A stretch of DNA of 16,134 nt from Candidatus Margulisiibacteriota bacterium. GTDB taxonomy: Bacteria; Margulisbacteria; WOR-1; O2-12-FULL-45-9. The notes under the pieces are model-generated. The model was not told the DNA's origin. It made no database searches and saw only the letters and a program-made list of their open reading frames with translations. Each line of letters opens with the position of its first letter. Positions within the stretch are counted from its first letter, which is position 1. The stretch lies in assembly GCA_043816785.1 (NCBI GenBank), contig JBDRHP010000010.1, forward strand, positions 1 through 16,134, given 5' to 3'. The translations under genes and the position numbers were made by a program. Below, piece after piece: positions 14,592 through 16,134 of this stretch.

Positions 14592-16134
14592 ATGAGAAGA
14601 CTTTTTTCCATCTCAGTCATTTTGTTGGCAGTCAGCTGCTCAGCCCTGGCAGCTATTGATATAGCTGAAATTGGTGTCGGAGCGCGGCCCTTGGGCCTGG
14701 GCAAGGCCACGGTGGGCGGCCTGGATGACGCCTCTGCCATCTTCACCAATCCCGCGGGATTAGTTCTCAATCCCAACCTCAATATCATTAGCATGAGCGG
14801 AACGCTTATAAACGACGTTAATTACCTGATGGTTGGTGTGGCAGACACTGCGCCGATCGGCCGCATTGGCATTGGCTATATTAACGCTGCGGTCAGCAGT
14901 ATTCCCATTACCACGGTTACTGGCACAGGCTCCACTGCCGCGGTTTCCTGGGAAAGCAACGCGGATTACGGTTCCAGTATTATTTTCTTTACTTACGGCT
15001 CACAACTGAGCCGCTTTTTGCGAGGCAATTTTGATAATGTTTCAGTCGGCGCCAGCCTCAAGTATTTTCTGCAGGGCTTTACTGGCGGCGGGACCAGCCT
15101 CCAGGGCGCGACTGGCACTGGGATGGACGCTGACCTGGGTCTGACCTGGCAGGTTAATTCCTGGACCAGGCTGGGGCTAACTTTTAACAATTGTTTGCCC
15201 ATGTCTGCTGGCGGGAAATTTACCTGGGAGAAGAACAGTGTTGAAGAATCAATTCCTATGGCCACGCGCATGGGAGGCACTTTTAAGCTGTTGGGGCTTT
15301 CTGCCTGGCGGCGGCATGAGAGTCAAGATCTAAGTTTAAATCTTGAATATGAAAGCGGCAGAGGGGCTAACCGGCCCACGGTTTGGCATACTGGCTTGGA
15401 ATACTGGCCCATAAAACTGCTAGCCTTGAGATTGGGTATTGACCAAAAGCCGACCGCAACCACCACCGGGACCAGCGTGGACAACAATTTGACCGCCGGG
15501 ATTGGCCTAAATTACCAGGCCTTTACTTTTGATTATGCTTATCATCAATTTGGCGACCTAGCTGAAAATACCACCCACTTTTTCTCTATTGGTTACCGCG
15601 GGCCAGAACAACAAATCAAAAAAAAACTCCTGAAGCAGGTTGAAAAAGAAACCGTTGTGCCACTAGCTGAAGTCGCGCCCAAGCCAACCCTTACAGCTTT
15701 TACTGATGTGTCTAATGGCCATTGGGCCAAACAGCCGATTGAATACCTGGCCACACTTGGTGTAATGGGGGGCTATCCTGATAAGACTTTTAGGCCGGAG
15801 AAAGCTCTTACCCGCGGTGAATTAGCTGCCTTGCTGGTAAAAGCCAAGGGGTTTGATTTGACAGGAGCGCAAAAACAGGTTTTTCAGGATGTCAGTGGCA
15901 ATAGTTGGGTCGCGCCCTATGTGAAGGTCGCGGTTGATCGCCAGTATGTTAAGGGGTATCCTGATGGGACGTTTCAACCCAACCGCAAGATCACTCGTGC
16001 GGAAGCTGCCACAGTCTTTGCCAAGTTTGCTGGGCTTTCTGTTAAGTCAAAAATAAACAGCAATGTCTTTCCGGATATCAGTAAGAGCCACTGGGCAGCG
16101 CCGGCCATTGCCGCTGACCAAACAGCCGGCATGT
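14592..16134 (+). CDS. PorV/PorQ (FadL-like) family outer-membrane beta-barrel protein with C-terminal S-layer homology (SLH) repeats; runs off the window end
   Basis: Translated by hand because it is absent from the ORF track (no stop in the window). Signal peptide MRRLFSISVILLAVSCSALA, IGVGARPLGLG..DASAIFTNPAGL, barrel end FDYAY..THFFSIGY. SLH repeats: FTDVSNGHWA..GYPDKTFRP..TRGE, FQDV..W..GYPDGTFQP..TRAE, FPDISKSHWA. Confidence 0.88.
   Translation, partial: MRRLFSISVILLAVSCSALAAIDIAEIGVGARPLGLGKATVGGLDDASAIFTNPAGLVLNPNLNIISMSGTLINDVNYLMVGVADTAPIGRIGIGYINAAVSSIPITTVTGTGSTAAVSWESNADYGSSIIFFTYGSQLSRFLRGNFDNVSVGASLKYFLQGFTGGGTSLQGATGTGMDADLGLTWQVNSWTRLGLTFNNCLPMSAGGKFTWEKNSVEESIPMATRMGGTFKLLGLSAWRRHESQDLSLNLEYESGRGANRPTVWHTGLEYWPIKLLALRLGIDQKPTATTTGTSVDNNLTAGIGLNYQAFTFDYAYHQFGDLAENTTHFFSIGYRGPEQQIKKKLLKQVEKETVVPLAEVAPKPTLTAFTDVSNGHWAKQPIEYLATLGVMGGYPDKTFRPEKALTRGELAALLVKAKGFDLTGAQKQVFQDVSGNSWVAPYVKVAVDRQYVKGYPDGTFQPNRKITRAEAATVFAKFAGLSVKSKINSNVFPDISKSHWAAPAIAADQTAGM

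Overview
Bacterial chromosomal window from a diderm organism: DnaK carries the diderm-type insert and beta-barrel/SLH envelope proteins are present. The gene content is reminiscent of Margulisbacteria/Saganbacteria (inference only). It contains a 5'-truncated UvrD/PcrA helicase fused to a 4Fe-4S PD-(D/E)XK nuclease, a convergent rmuC, and two tandem paralogous secreted beta-barrel-like proteins. Next is a minus-strand lepA-hemW-hrcA-grpE-dnaK-dnaJ-rsmE cluster with a perfect CIRCE and a +1-frameshifted hrcA. The window ends with an IS200/IS605-type Y1 transposase (RAYT-like) and a 3'-truncated PorV-like barrel + SLH protein that the ORF track missed. The most striking signal is a 28-nt bulged palindrome family with 7 copies and compensatory stem changes. 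It flanks the Y1 transposase in inverted orientation and also occurs as inverted doublets, in frame (66 and 78 nt), inside the helicase and HemW, giving both proteins the identical peptide RNRDVQSQVP. The transposase unit is bracketed by an 8-bp direct repeat that duplicates the lepA start. Several other palindrome families and 7-nt tandem repeats are also translated inside housekeeping genes.
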